Part shown: positions 56,969-64,000 of the stretch, piece by piece | Layout: every line of letters begins with the position of its first letter | Numbering within the stretch: position 1 is the first letter of the stretch | IMG/VR virus record: IMGVR_UViG_3300017992_000015 | Coordinates: 85,367 to 149,366 of that record | DNA length: 64,000 nucleotides | Strand: one strand, 5' to 3' | Source of the DNA: a virus | Taxonomy: Duplodnaviria > Heunggongvirae > Uroviricota > Caudoviricetes | Notes under the pieces: model-generated | Databases searched by the model: none | The model's input: only the letters and a program-made list of their open reading frames with translations | What the model was told of the DNA's origin: nothing | Made by a program: the position numbers and the translations under genes

Positions 56969-57427
56969 CTAGTCCTCGTTGCCTACTTCCCCGGTGATCG
57001 CAACTTCCCAGTTGGTATCCTGGCCGTCATCGTCGACGGTCAGCTGCAGGTAGACCGCGCGGTCCGGGACCGAGTACGAGCCCACCCGATTGCGGTATGC
57101 GTACCCCGTGGGGCTGTAGAACTCCAGCGATTCGCCCGCGGCCTTGGCCGGGAGCTGGTCGTCGGGGATGATCTTGGCCGTGTTGAAGCAGATCGGGTCG
57201 ATTTCTGCCGAGTGCGACGCTTCGGGGCCCAGCTCGCAGACAGCCCGATCGAGCAGCCTGACGCTGTAGCCTACCTGGACCGGGTCATCGGCGACCTGGC
57301 AGACTTGTAGACGCTTGATCGAACCCTCTTGCGGGTACCCAATACGGAAGCACATCGAGGTCTCACCGGCTGGCATGACCAGTGCTTCGCCGTTCGCGAC
57401 GGACAGTTCTCTCTTGTAGATATGCAT
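56969..57427 (-). CDS. Hypothetical protein
   Basis: 152 aa, beta-rich, on the coding strand. Confidence 0.65.
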   Translation of the reverse strand: MHIYKRELSVANGEALVMPAGETSMCFRIGYPQEGSIKRLQVCQVADDPVQVGYSVRLLDRAVCELGPEASHSAEIDPICFNTAKIIPDDQLPAKAAGESLEFYSPTGYAYRNRVGSYSVPDRAVYLQLTVDDDGQDTNWEVAITGEVGNED

Positions 57428-57441
57428 GTGGCTACCTTTGC

Positions 57442-59814
57442 TTAGACCTCACCCTCGCCGAAGTCGACGTCGACTCCCTCGTCCGGGTAGGGCTCGATTG
57501 TTTTCTGCTTGAGTTCCAGGGTCACGTCACCCAGGCTCTCGAACGAGTTGCGCATGGCATCTTCCAGCTCGGGCAGATTGTTGCTGCCGTATCTGTCCTC
57601 AAATTTGTCGTGATGCCAGTACATGTTGAACAGCAGCCGGCCCATGCTGTCCAGACCCTTCATCAGGTCCGGCAGGTGCCGATCGATCAGAGTCTCGTTC
57701 TGCGAGCCCTTGAGCAGGTTCGACAGGAGCGAAGTGTCGAGCACTTCCTTCTGGCCTGTCTGGGCTGCTTCCATGAGTTGCTGCCCCATCATCGGCTCGG
57801 GCGGCTCGGCCATCTGCCCGCGCTGGCGGCGTCCGCCACGCAGGTCGTCGACCGGGTACTCCTCTTCCATGCCGTAGTTGGTCGGCAGGCCGGAGCCCAT
57901 GATGAAGTCGGTGGACTCGTACTGTTCCGGGATCGCCGGAGCCGACGGGGCGCTGGAGAGCAGATCGTACGGCTGGGCGTACTTGATCCGGTACTTCACG
58001 CCTCGCTGCAGCTGGGCGTTCTTCAACACGTCCTTAGCGGTCTTCTCGGCGCATCCGTAGTCGCGGACGAGCGAGATGAGCGCAGCCTTGGGCGTCGAGT
58101 GCCTGCCGTTGACGATCGCTTCGGTGCCGTTGTTGAAGACTTCCAGCGCGCTGGACGTCTTGTAGATGCCCAGCTGGAGGTCGACGTGGTCGCCTGGCAC
58201 AAGCGCGGGCGGGTCGCTCGAGTCCGCGCACGGGTTGCAGCACCCGGGGATGCTGTCGCCGTCCTCGTCCTTCGGCGGGTCGGCAATCTTCAGTGCCTTG
58301 GCGCCGGGCGGTACGAGCAGCTCGTCCAACCGCGACACGAGCTTGTGGCCCTTGATGCGGTTCAGCACAATCTGTTCGACGCTGCTGGTGTTGTCCCACT
58401 CGTAGTGGCCGTGGCTCGGCGACGGGATCAGCTTGTCGGCCCGACGCCGGACGTTACCGTAATGACGCCAGCGGACCTTGTACCGCTTTTCCTCGCCCTC
58501 GGAGGGCAGAGTGTCCTCGACCTCGAACACGCTCGTACCGTGTCCGGTCGTGGTGAGCAGCGCATAGGTCGCTCCGACCTGCAGGCTGTCCGCGTTCGGC
58601 AGTCCGTTGAACCAGTCGTTGTAGTCGCTACCGGAGTACTTCTCGATGACGTAGATGTCGCCGGGGTGCACTTCGGTATAGGCCTTCTTGTCGCCGCCGA
58701 CCCGTACCAGGACGCCGTTCGGCTTGCGGCCACGCGGGCCGTGCGGGGCGTGGATGTACAGGCACTTCTCGAAGGAGTCCGGCTTGCAGAGGACGTCGTA
58801 GTGTCCAGTCTCGTCCGGGTTCTGGAGCGTCATCGGCTCCTGGACCTTGTAGACCTTCGACTTGTCGTAGCGGTCGTCCTTGATGTAGACGCCGTCGCGT
58901 TGCAGTTGCTCGGCCTGCTTTTCGGTCAGCCCCCTGCGGCATGCTTTCGTGCCGTTGTATGTCCAAATGCGGAGGCTGCCAGTGTTGATCGGATCGGCTT
59001 CTTTCGCTTGGTCCATCGCGGACTTCTCGCGGAAGATGCTACCACCGACTTGGATGTCTCGTTTCTTGCGCGGCGGTTCCGTCGGACAGACGGTGCTGGC
59101 GGTCTTGGCAACGCCGATCGCTTCGTCGACAAGCTCCCGACCGTAGTTTTCGACGATCGGGCGAGCCAGCTGCGGCGTGGAGTCAAGGACCTGGAGGAAC
59201 CGCGTAGCGACCGCGGCACTGGCCTTGATCAGCTCCGGCGCTTTCGGCTCACGCTTAGCGACGCGACCGAGCGCGTGCATGAGGCCGGGCATACCGGCGT
59301 CGAGCCATTGATCCGACGCGTACTTGTTCGGTGATTCGCGGAACTGGTCGAGCGATGGGCGACTGACGCCGAGCATGCTCAGGTTGCGTGTGACCTCTTC
59401 GCCGATGACGTTCGGCTTGCGGTTCAGCACGTAGTTGACCCAGTTCTCTTTGAGGGGAACGAACGTGTCGCTCTCCTTGAGGTACATGAGCTCGTGCCCG
59501 CGGAGTTCGCCGTTCAGGAAGAACACCGGAGCATAAATGAGTTGCGGCCCCACCTTGAAGCCAAAGACACCGACAGCCCGATCGTTGTCCTCATTTTTCT
59601 CGAGAAGCTGGAAGCCCAGCATGAAGTCGAGCAGCTGTGGAGCCTTGTCTTTGAGGTAGGCGTGTGCCAAGTTGCTGAAGGCACTCTCGAAGCTCTGGCT
59701 GTCGCCGGATTCTCCACCCATGTCCGCCTGTTTGAGAAAGTCGGAGCGTTGGAGCGAGCGGCAGACACCGCGCCAGTAGCTTACCCCACCCATCTGTCGT
59801 AGGTTTGTACTCAT
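57442..59814 (-). CDS. Large head-module protein of unknown function
   Basis: 790 aa. An N-terminal leader ends DFLKQA, and further KxA motifs sit at compositional boundaries. Confidence 0.75.
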   Translation of the reverse strand: MSTNLRQMGGVSYWRGVCRSLQRSDFLKQADMGGESGDSQSFESAFSNLAHAYLKDKAPQLLDFMLGFQLLEKNEDNDRAVGVFGFKVGPQLIYAPVFFLNGELRGHELMYLKESDTFVPLKENWVNYVLNRKPNVIGEEVTRNLSMLGVSRPSLDQFRESPNKYASDQWLDAGMPGLMHALGRVAKREPKAPELIKASAAVATRFLQVLDSTPQLARPIVENYGRELVDEAIGVAKTASTVCPTEPPRKKRDIQVGGSIFREKSAMDQAKEADPINTGSLRIWTYNGTKACRRGLTEKQAEQLQRDGVYIKDDRYDKSKVYKVQEPMTLQNPDETGHYDVLCKPDSFEKCLYIHAPHGPRGRKPNGVLVRVGGDKKAYTEVHPGDIYVIEKYSGSDYNDWFNGLPNADSLQVGATYALLTTTGHGTSVFEVEDTLPSEGEEKRYKVRWRHYGNVRRRADKLIPSPSHGHYEWDNTSSVEQIVLNRIKGHKLVSRLDELLVPPGAKALKIADPPKDEDGDSIPGCCNPCADSSDPPALVPGDHVDLQLGIYKTSSALEVFNNGTEAIVNGRHSTPKAALISLVRDYGCAEKTAKDVLKNAQLQRGVKYRIKYAQPYDLLSSAPSAPAIPEQYESTDFIMGSGLPTNYGMEEEYPVDDLRGGRRQRGQMAEPPEPMMGQQLMEAAQTGQKEVLDTSLLSNLLKGSQNETLIDRHLPDLMKGLDSMGRLLFNMYWHHDKFEDRYGSNNLPELEDAMRNSFESLGDVTLELKQKTIEPYPDEGVDVDFGEGEV

Positions 59815-59904
59815 GTGCAGACGTCCTTGTCAATGGGAGCGACCCAGGTTCCGTCCTAAGATATGCTTTATATCCTACTGGATCTGACTGCAATACTGCA
59901 ATGT

Positions 59905-61791
59905 CTAGGTTTTTGGAGGCTTCAGTACGCTCTGAGGCCAGTTCTTGGCAAAATCTTCTCCGGCGGCCAGCGACGGTACGAAGCTGGTGCTCTTTGTGTC
60001 CGAGACGGCACCGCGATGGACCGCGGACATCAGGTTCTTCTTCTGATCACTTCCTAGGAAGCGGACGAGCGGGTCCGGGTCGTGTCCGACCGAAGCCTGC
60101 GCCCGGACCATGTACGGTCGAAAAGGCGGAGCTTCGTCGTGGACATCGATGTTCTTGACACCGAACTCGTCCAAAACTGGTAGCATTGACGGCTTAATCT
60201 GGGTGCCGACCGTGTAGTGCAGCACCGGGCTCTCCAGGTACTTGCCGACGCCCAGTTTGGGGGCTACGGAACGCATCCCGTCACGGGGTTGCCACCCGGC
60301 CTCGAGCTGCTGGTACGGGATCACATCGCCGGGGACGTGATCGTCGTCCTCGTCGGTCATCTCGACGTGGTCGATCAGGCTCCGAGACAGCAGTTCGATG
60401 TTCCTGCGATTGGCATACATCTTACCGGCACGGTACGCATCGGCAAAGATGTCGATGAAGTAGCGCCGACCCTCGCCGATGCCCTTGTGCTTGACGATTT
60501 CGGACGGATTCGGGATGCCGTCGCTGATCACGTCGCCGGCTTCGACGTTGTCGCCACGCTTCACCTTGAGGCCGAACCCGGGCAAAACGAAGTGCCGCTC
60601 GCCGCTGATGGTCACGTACTGGCCACCGGCGGGCGCTTCTGTGATATCGGTCACTTTTCCGTCCATTTGGGCGTGCGCAGCGCCACCTTTGAACGTTTTT
60701 GGCACCTGCACGAGCTGATTGACGTGCTGGAAGCCCGTCACGGACTGTGTTTCGCCCTTCACGCCGCCGGAGTGCTTCGAACTCAGGGCACCCTGTGTGA
60801 GCTTCTCAGAGAGCGCCTGTGCGGCTGCGATGCCAACCATGTCTCCAACCGGGGGCAGGTCTCCGCGCTCGCGTACGCCCACGTCACGGGCGTATACGCC
60901 GCTTGACGGGCCGGCGACCGTCGGAGAACGCACAAGGATGCGTTCCATGCCCTGATCGGCCAAATCTTCAAGGATTTTGGGCGTCAGAACTGTATTTCGC
61001 TTGTATCCGCCCATATCTGAGGCCAAAAGTGCCCCTTCGTTGTCCGGATCGTCGGTTTTGACCGGCAAACCACGCAAAACACGGCTCTTTTTGGCCGTTT
61101 TGTCCTCTTCAGCGTCGTCGGCGAGCACCATGAGCCGATGAGTGAGCTGATTCAGCTGTTTCGAGAAGTATCCGACGTCCATCGTGGCAAATTTCTCGTC
61201 GATGATGCCTTTCCGGGCTCCGTACGTGCCCGCCCAGTACGAAGCGGGGTCGAGACCCTCGCCGTAGCTCTGTTGCACCGGAAACGGGATCGTGTGGTCG
61301 TGGTGGTCGACGTAGAGCATGTCGCCGCCGATCAAACGCTTCAGGGTCATTTTGTTGCCTCGGGCACCCGATGCGACCTGGTCGGCGAGCGGGTTGCCCA
61401 GCTCTTTGGCGTCAGCGTACACGCCATCGAGCAGCTTCTCGTGCTCGGCGGCGGTCGCCTCGATGATCTTGGCTTCCTTCTTGTCCTCGTCCCAGTTGTC
61501 CTTCGACATGATCTCGCGGATGCGCCGGTTCAGGCGCTGGCGAGACGCCAGTACGGACTTGGTCGGACGCAGGTGCTCGATGCTGAACGACTGACCGCCG
61601 GTTGTATACGCCGCGTCACGGCCGACATCGGCGAGCTTCTTCGAGATCTCGCGGTACTTGTCCGGATCCTTCTCTGCGATCTCACGGAGCAACTTCTTGA
61701 CGCCCTTACCGTCCAAGGTGCGTGTGTAGTCACGCATCTCTTTCGGCAGGGCCTCGTTGACCAGCAGTTGTCCAATGGTCGTCTTAAGCAT
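59905..61791 (-). CDS. rpoC: Phage multisubunit RNA polymerase beta-prime, C-terminal half
   Basis: KTTIGQLL (TTVGR motif), ASGARG, SYGEGL...YGARKGIIDEKFATMDVGYFSKQL (bridge helix), VGIAAAQALSEKLTQGALSSKHSGG (trigger loop), VEAGDVISDG, NRRNIELL. Confidence 0.93.
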   Translation of the reverse strand: MLKTTIGQLLVNEALPKEMRDYTRTLDGKGVKKLLREIAEKDPDKYREISKKLADVGRDAAYTTGGQSFSIEHLRPTKSVLASRQRLNRRIREIMSKDNWDEDKKEAKIIEATAAEHEKLLDGVYADAKELGNPLADQVASGARGNKMTLKRLIGGDMLYVDHHDHTIPFPVQQSYGEGLDPASYWAGTYGARKGIIDEKFATMDVGYFSKQLNQLTHRLMVLADDAEEDKTAKKSRVLRGLPVKTDDPDNEGALLASDMGGYKRNTVLTPKILEDLADQGMERILVRSPTVAGPSSGVYARDVGVRERGDLPPVGDMVGIAAAQALSEKLTQGALSSKHSGGVKGETQSVTGFQHVNQLVQVPKTFKGGAAHAQMDGKVTDITEAPAGGQYVTISGERHFVLPGFGLKVKRGDNVEAGDVISDGIPNPSEIVKHKGIGEGRRYFIDIFADAYRAGKMYANRRNIELLSRSLIDHVEMTDEDDDHVPGDVIPYQQLEAGWQPRDGMRSVAPKLGVGKYLESPVLHYTVGTQIKPSMLPVLDEFGVKNIDVHDEAPPFRPYMVRAQASVGHDPDPLVRFLGSDQKKNLMSAVHRGAVSDTKSTSFVPSLAAGEDFAKNWPQSVLKPPKT

Positions 61792-62071
61792 GCGGAGGAT
61801 CCTCGCCAGGCTTCCAGAGGCGGCTGCCCTTAGGCGGCGCCGCGAAGGAATCCTTGTCGATATGATCGCTGATGACGGTCTCGTTGATGCCCAACTGAGA
61901 GAGCATCTTGTTCATGACCTCGTCGCCGTCGCCGCGATCGATGATGTACTGGTGCCCTGGAGTCGGTTCCAGGGCCACAGCAATGACGCCGTTGATTGGG
62001 CACCGCAGTACAACGCGAGTCGCTTCGATGCGCTGCGGATTGCCCAACTTGTTGTGGAGTTCAACAATCAT
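61784..62071 (-). CDS. Hypothetical protein between the RNAP halves
   Basis: 95 aa, AGG RBS, overlaps the start of the beta-prime C-half by 8 nt. Confidence 0.65.
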   Translation of the reverse strand: MIVELHNKLGNPQRIEATRVVLRCPINGVIAVALEPTPGHQYIIDRGDGDEVMNKMLSQLGINETVISDHIDKDSFAAPPKGSRLWKPGEDPPHA

Positions 62072-62073
62072 GA

Positions 62074-62760
62074 TTACCTACGGTGCAGGCTTCGGGACAT
62101 GGCGGAGATCGCATCGAGCCGCAACTGCGACGCGTCCTCTCGCTCCCCGTCGACTGGACCGCGGAACATCGACAACGCATCGGCTCCTGCTTTCTCAGGC
62201 CCGGACGGGGCTTCAATCGGGCTGACGGGCGCGTTCCCGCCGATACCCGGCAACGCCGGTCCGCCGCCGCCACCCTCGGGCGGGGCACCTTCGGCGCCGG
62301 CTCCGAGCGGCGCGCTCTGCGGCATCTGGCCTTGAGCGACCATCGCCACAGCACCGTCGTCCAGAATGTCGGGAGGCATGTCGATGCCCGTGTGCTTCAT
62401 CATGTGGGTCAAGAGCTTCCGAACGCGGGAGAGCTCCATGTAGATGAAGGTAGGATCGATCTTGGGCTTTCCACCGGCTCCTGGGGCTCCACCAGCTGCA
62501 GGCGCAGGGGCAGCGGCTGGCGGTGCTCCCGCCATTGCAGCCGGGTCCATCGGCGGGGCGGCTCCTGCCATCGCCGGGTCCATCGGCGGTGCTCCGCCTC
62601 CTGCCATCGGATCCATCGGCGGAGCTCCTCCGGGCGGCATCGCTCCCGGCGGCATTCCGCCCGCCGCCGGATCACCTGGTACGAAAGCCTTTTTCTCGTT
62701 CTCACCGGCCAACCTCCATTCGGCAAGATCGAAAAGCATCGGGTTCATTTCGTGGGACAT
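62074..62760 (-). CDS. Low-complexity Gly/Pro/Ala/Met protein between the RNAP halves
   Basis: Leader ending ENEKKA, followed by GGMPP and PPMDP(A)MAG tandem repeats. Confidence 0.7.
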   Translation of the reverse strand: MSHEMNPMLFDLAEWRLAGENEKKAFVPGDPAAGGMPPGAMPPGGAPPMDPMAGGGAPPMDPAMAGAAPPMDPAAMAGAPPAAAPAPAAGGAPGAGGKPKIDPTFIYMELSRVRKLLTHMMKHTGIDMPPDILDDGAVAMVAQGQMPQSAPLGAGAEGAPPEGGGGGPALPGIGGNAPVSPIEAPSGPEKAGADALSMFRGPVDGEREDASQLRLDAISAMSRSLHRR

Positions 62761-62874
62761 TAGTGCGACTCCGTTCGTTGTTCATGTGACACTACTAGTA
62801 GCTTACAGGGGTTGCGTTGATTCTACAATCCAAAACGACGACGCAGTCGTCGCGCGAATTTTTTGCTAGTGTTG

Positions 62875-64000
62875 CTAGCGTCCTTCGCGAATCTCGATTC
62901 GTTGACCTACGCCAATCTCTCCGCGCTTGTAAGCCTTGATCGCGTCGAGCTTCGAGTTGAAGACTCGGACGGGCTTCTTCTTGTCGTTCCGCGTCGTCGC
63001 CTCCCACAATCCACCGACGTACTCCATCGACGGGGCGTGGATGACTTCGAAGTCGCTGACCGCGAACAGGTTCTTCGACGGCAGGAGTTTCTCCTGCGCC
63101 TCCTGCACGGCTTCGTCGGTCGACGGCAGGTGAAACTGCATGGCGTCGCCGTCAAAGTCGGCATTGAAGCCTTTCACGATCAGTGGCGGAATCTGCAAGG
63201 TGTTTGCGGACGTGAGTTGTGGCCAGAACGCCATGACCCCGAACCGGTGCAACACCGGGGCTCGGTTGATCACGACAGGACGGGATTTCATCTCGGATTG
63301 CAGCTCACGCATAGCTGTATCGGTACGGTCTTTGACGGCCTCCATCGCCTTGATCTTGCTCATGCCGCGGCGGACCAGTCGACGGACGACGAACGGCTGA
63401 TACAGCGTCCACGCCTTGTCGGCCGGGATTCCTACCTGGTCCATGTCGAGGTTGGGATCTGGCGAAATAGCAGCACGGCCCACGAGATCCACGGTGGACC
63501 CGAGAAGCTTGCGCTGCACGGTGCCGAACTTCGGGCTGGTCCCGAAGACGTGCTTCAGGATGCCCTTGACCGGTTGTGATTTGTTCTCTGGGCGAATGGG
63601 ATCGCCAAGGCCTGTGACACCCTTGAAGGCGTCGTAGACCGCTAGCCGCTCGTCGGACACGTCATCCGTCATGCGGGTGAGTTGTTTCAGGTTGTCGTTC
63701 GCGTCGAACAGCTCCTTGTAGAGGAAGTTCGCGTCGTCGACGAGCCGGCCACCGGACCCCATCATGGAGACCGGGCGGAACATCGGCGGCAGCACCGGGA
63801 CTCGATCCATCATCCAGTCCTTCGGGTGCTGCCCGAGCTTCTTCGCTGACTTGAGGAACTGCAGTCGACGGATCGCCTTGTCGCGGTAGGTCTTCTTACC
63901 GCTGCTCATCTCGGCGCGGGCTCGCTCGATCTCCTTGTCGAGGTTGATGTCCTCGAGCACTTTGGCGAGCCCCTTGGGGCCAGTGAGTCCTTCGCGCCCT
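62875..64000 (-). CDS. rpoC: Phage multisubunit RNA polymerase beta-prime, N-terminal (catalytic) half; 5'-truncated by the window edge
   Basis: VPVLPPMFRP, GRAAISPDP, VINRAPVLHR, catalytic NADFDGD at 63145-63165. The frame stays open to position 64000. Confidence 0.96.
   Translation of the reverse strand, partial: GREGLTGPKGLAKVLEDINLDKEIERARAEMSSGKKTYRDKAIRRLQFLKSAKKLGQHPKDWMMDRVPVLPPMFRPVSMMGSGGRLVDDANFLYKELFDANDNLKQLTRMTDDVSDERLAVYDAFKGVTGLGDPIRPENKSQPVKGILKHVFGTSPKFGTVQRKLLGSTVDLVGRAAISPDPNLDMDQVGIPADKAWTLYQPFVVRRLVRRGMSKIKAMEAVKDRTDTAMRELQSEMKSRPVVINRAPVLHRFGVMAFWPQLTSANTLQIPPLIVKGFNADFDGDAMQFHLPSTDEAVQEAQEKLLPSKNLFAVSDFEVIHAPSMEYVGGLWEATTRNDKKKPVRVFNSKLDAIKAYKRGEIGVGQRIEIREGR

Larger units (their letters stand above)
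1..64000 (-). mobile_element. Segment of a large myovirus-like phage genome encoding its own multisubunit RNA polymerase
   Basis: All credible genes are on the minus strand and tightly packed, with frequent TAATG/ATGA coupling. Capsid, protease, neck, sheath, tube, tape measure, baseplate and fibre genes are present. No host genes or integrase seen, so prophage versus free phage cannot be decided. Confidence 0.93.

Noticed and set aside
57382-59334. 650-aa plus-strand ORF, and similar long plus-strand ORFs at 29080, 38751, 42699, 49592 and 51483
   Set aside because: They lie exactly antisense to well-supported minus-strand genes, lack RBS or motifs, and have the Val/Arg/Leu-rich composition of GC-rich shadow frames.
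62500-62680. Tandem ~33-nt repeats as a CRISPR array
   Set aside because: They are in-frame coding repeats (PPMDPAMAG) with no unique spacers and no cas genes.
59905-64000. Host chromosomal rpoC (cyanobacterial rpoC1/rpoC2)
   Set aside because: No adjacent ribosomal-protein operon downstream, phage head genes flank and interrupt it, the split point differs, and the Zn-site cysteines conserved in cellular enzymes are missing.
1-64000. Stop-codon reassignment as seen in some large phages
   Set aside because: Code 11 gives full-length, tightly packed genes, and TAG, TGA and TAA all end genes at sensible positions (for example TAG after the MCP followed by a hairpin).

Overview
The whole window is one uninterrupted, minus-strand gene block of a large, high-GC (roughly 60-65% by eye), contractile-tailed (myovirus-like) bacteriophage. 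I see no host housekeeping genes, integrase, tRNA or CRISPR array. In transcription order (64000 to 1) it encodes: (1) a bacterial-like multisubunit RNA polymerase beta-prime split into two genes, with the NADFDGD half truncated at the window edge; (2) a head module of acidic/low-complexity proteins, a prohead protease, a cement-like protein and the major capsid protein; (3) an array of modular fibre genes plus a PAPS-dependent sulfotransferase; (4) neck, sheath, tube and spike genes, a tail-assembly chaperone pair joined by a -1 frameshift site, the tape measure and baseplate genes, with a sigma-70-family factor among them; (5) a Cys-rich repeat protein coupled to glycosyltransferases; (6) small accessory genes and a Ycf46 AAA+/DUF1257/DUF2997 cassette. 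Two endonuclease VII-type homing endonucleases are inserted in the structural genes. The most notable signals are a recurring K-x-A motif in head proteins that looks like the cleavage code of the prohead protease, the split Zn-site-less phage RNAP with its own sigma factor, and a possible virion glycosylation/sulfation system. All product calls rest on motif recognition by eye and gene order, not on database searches.
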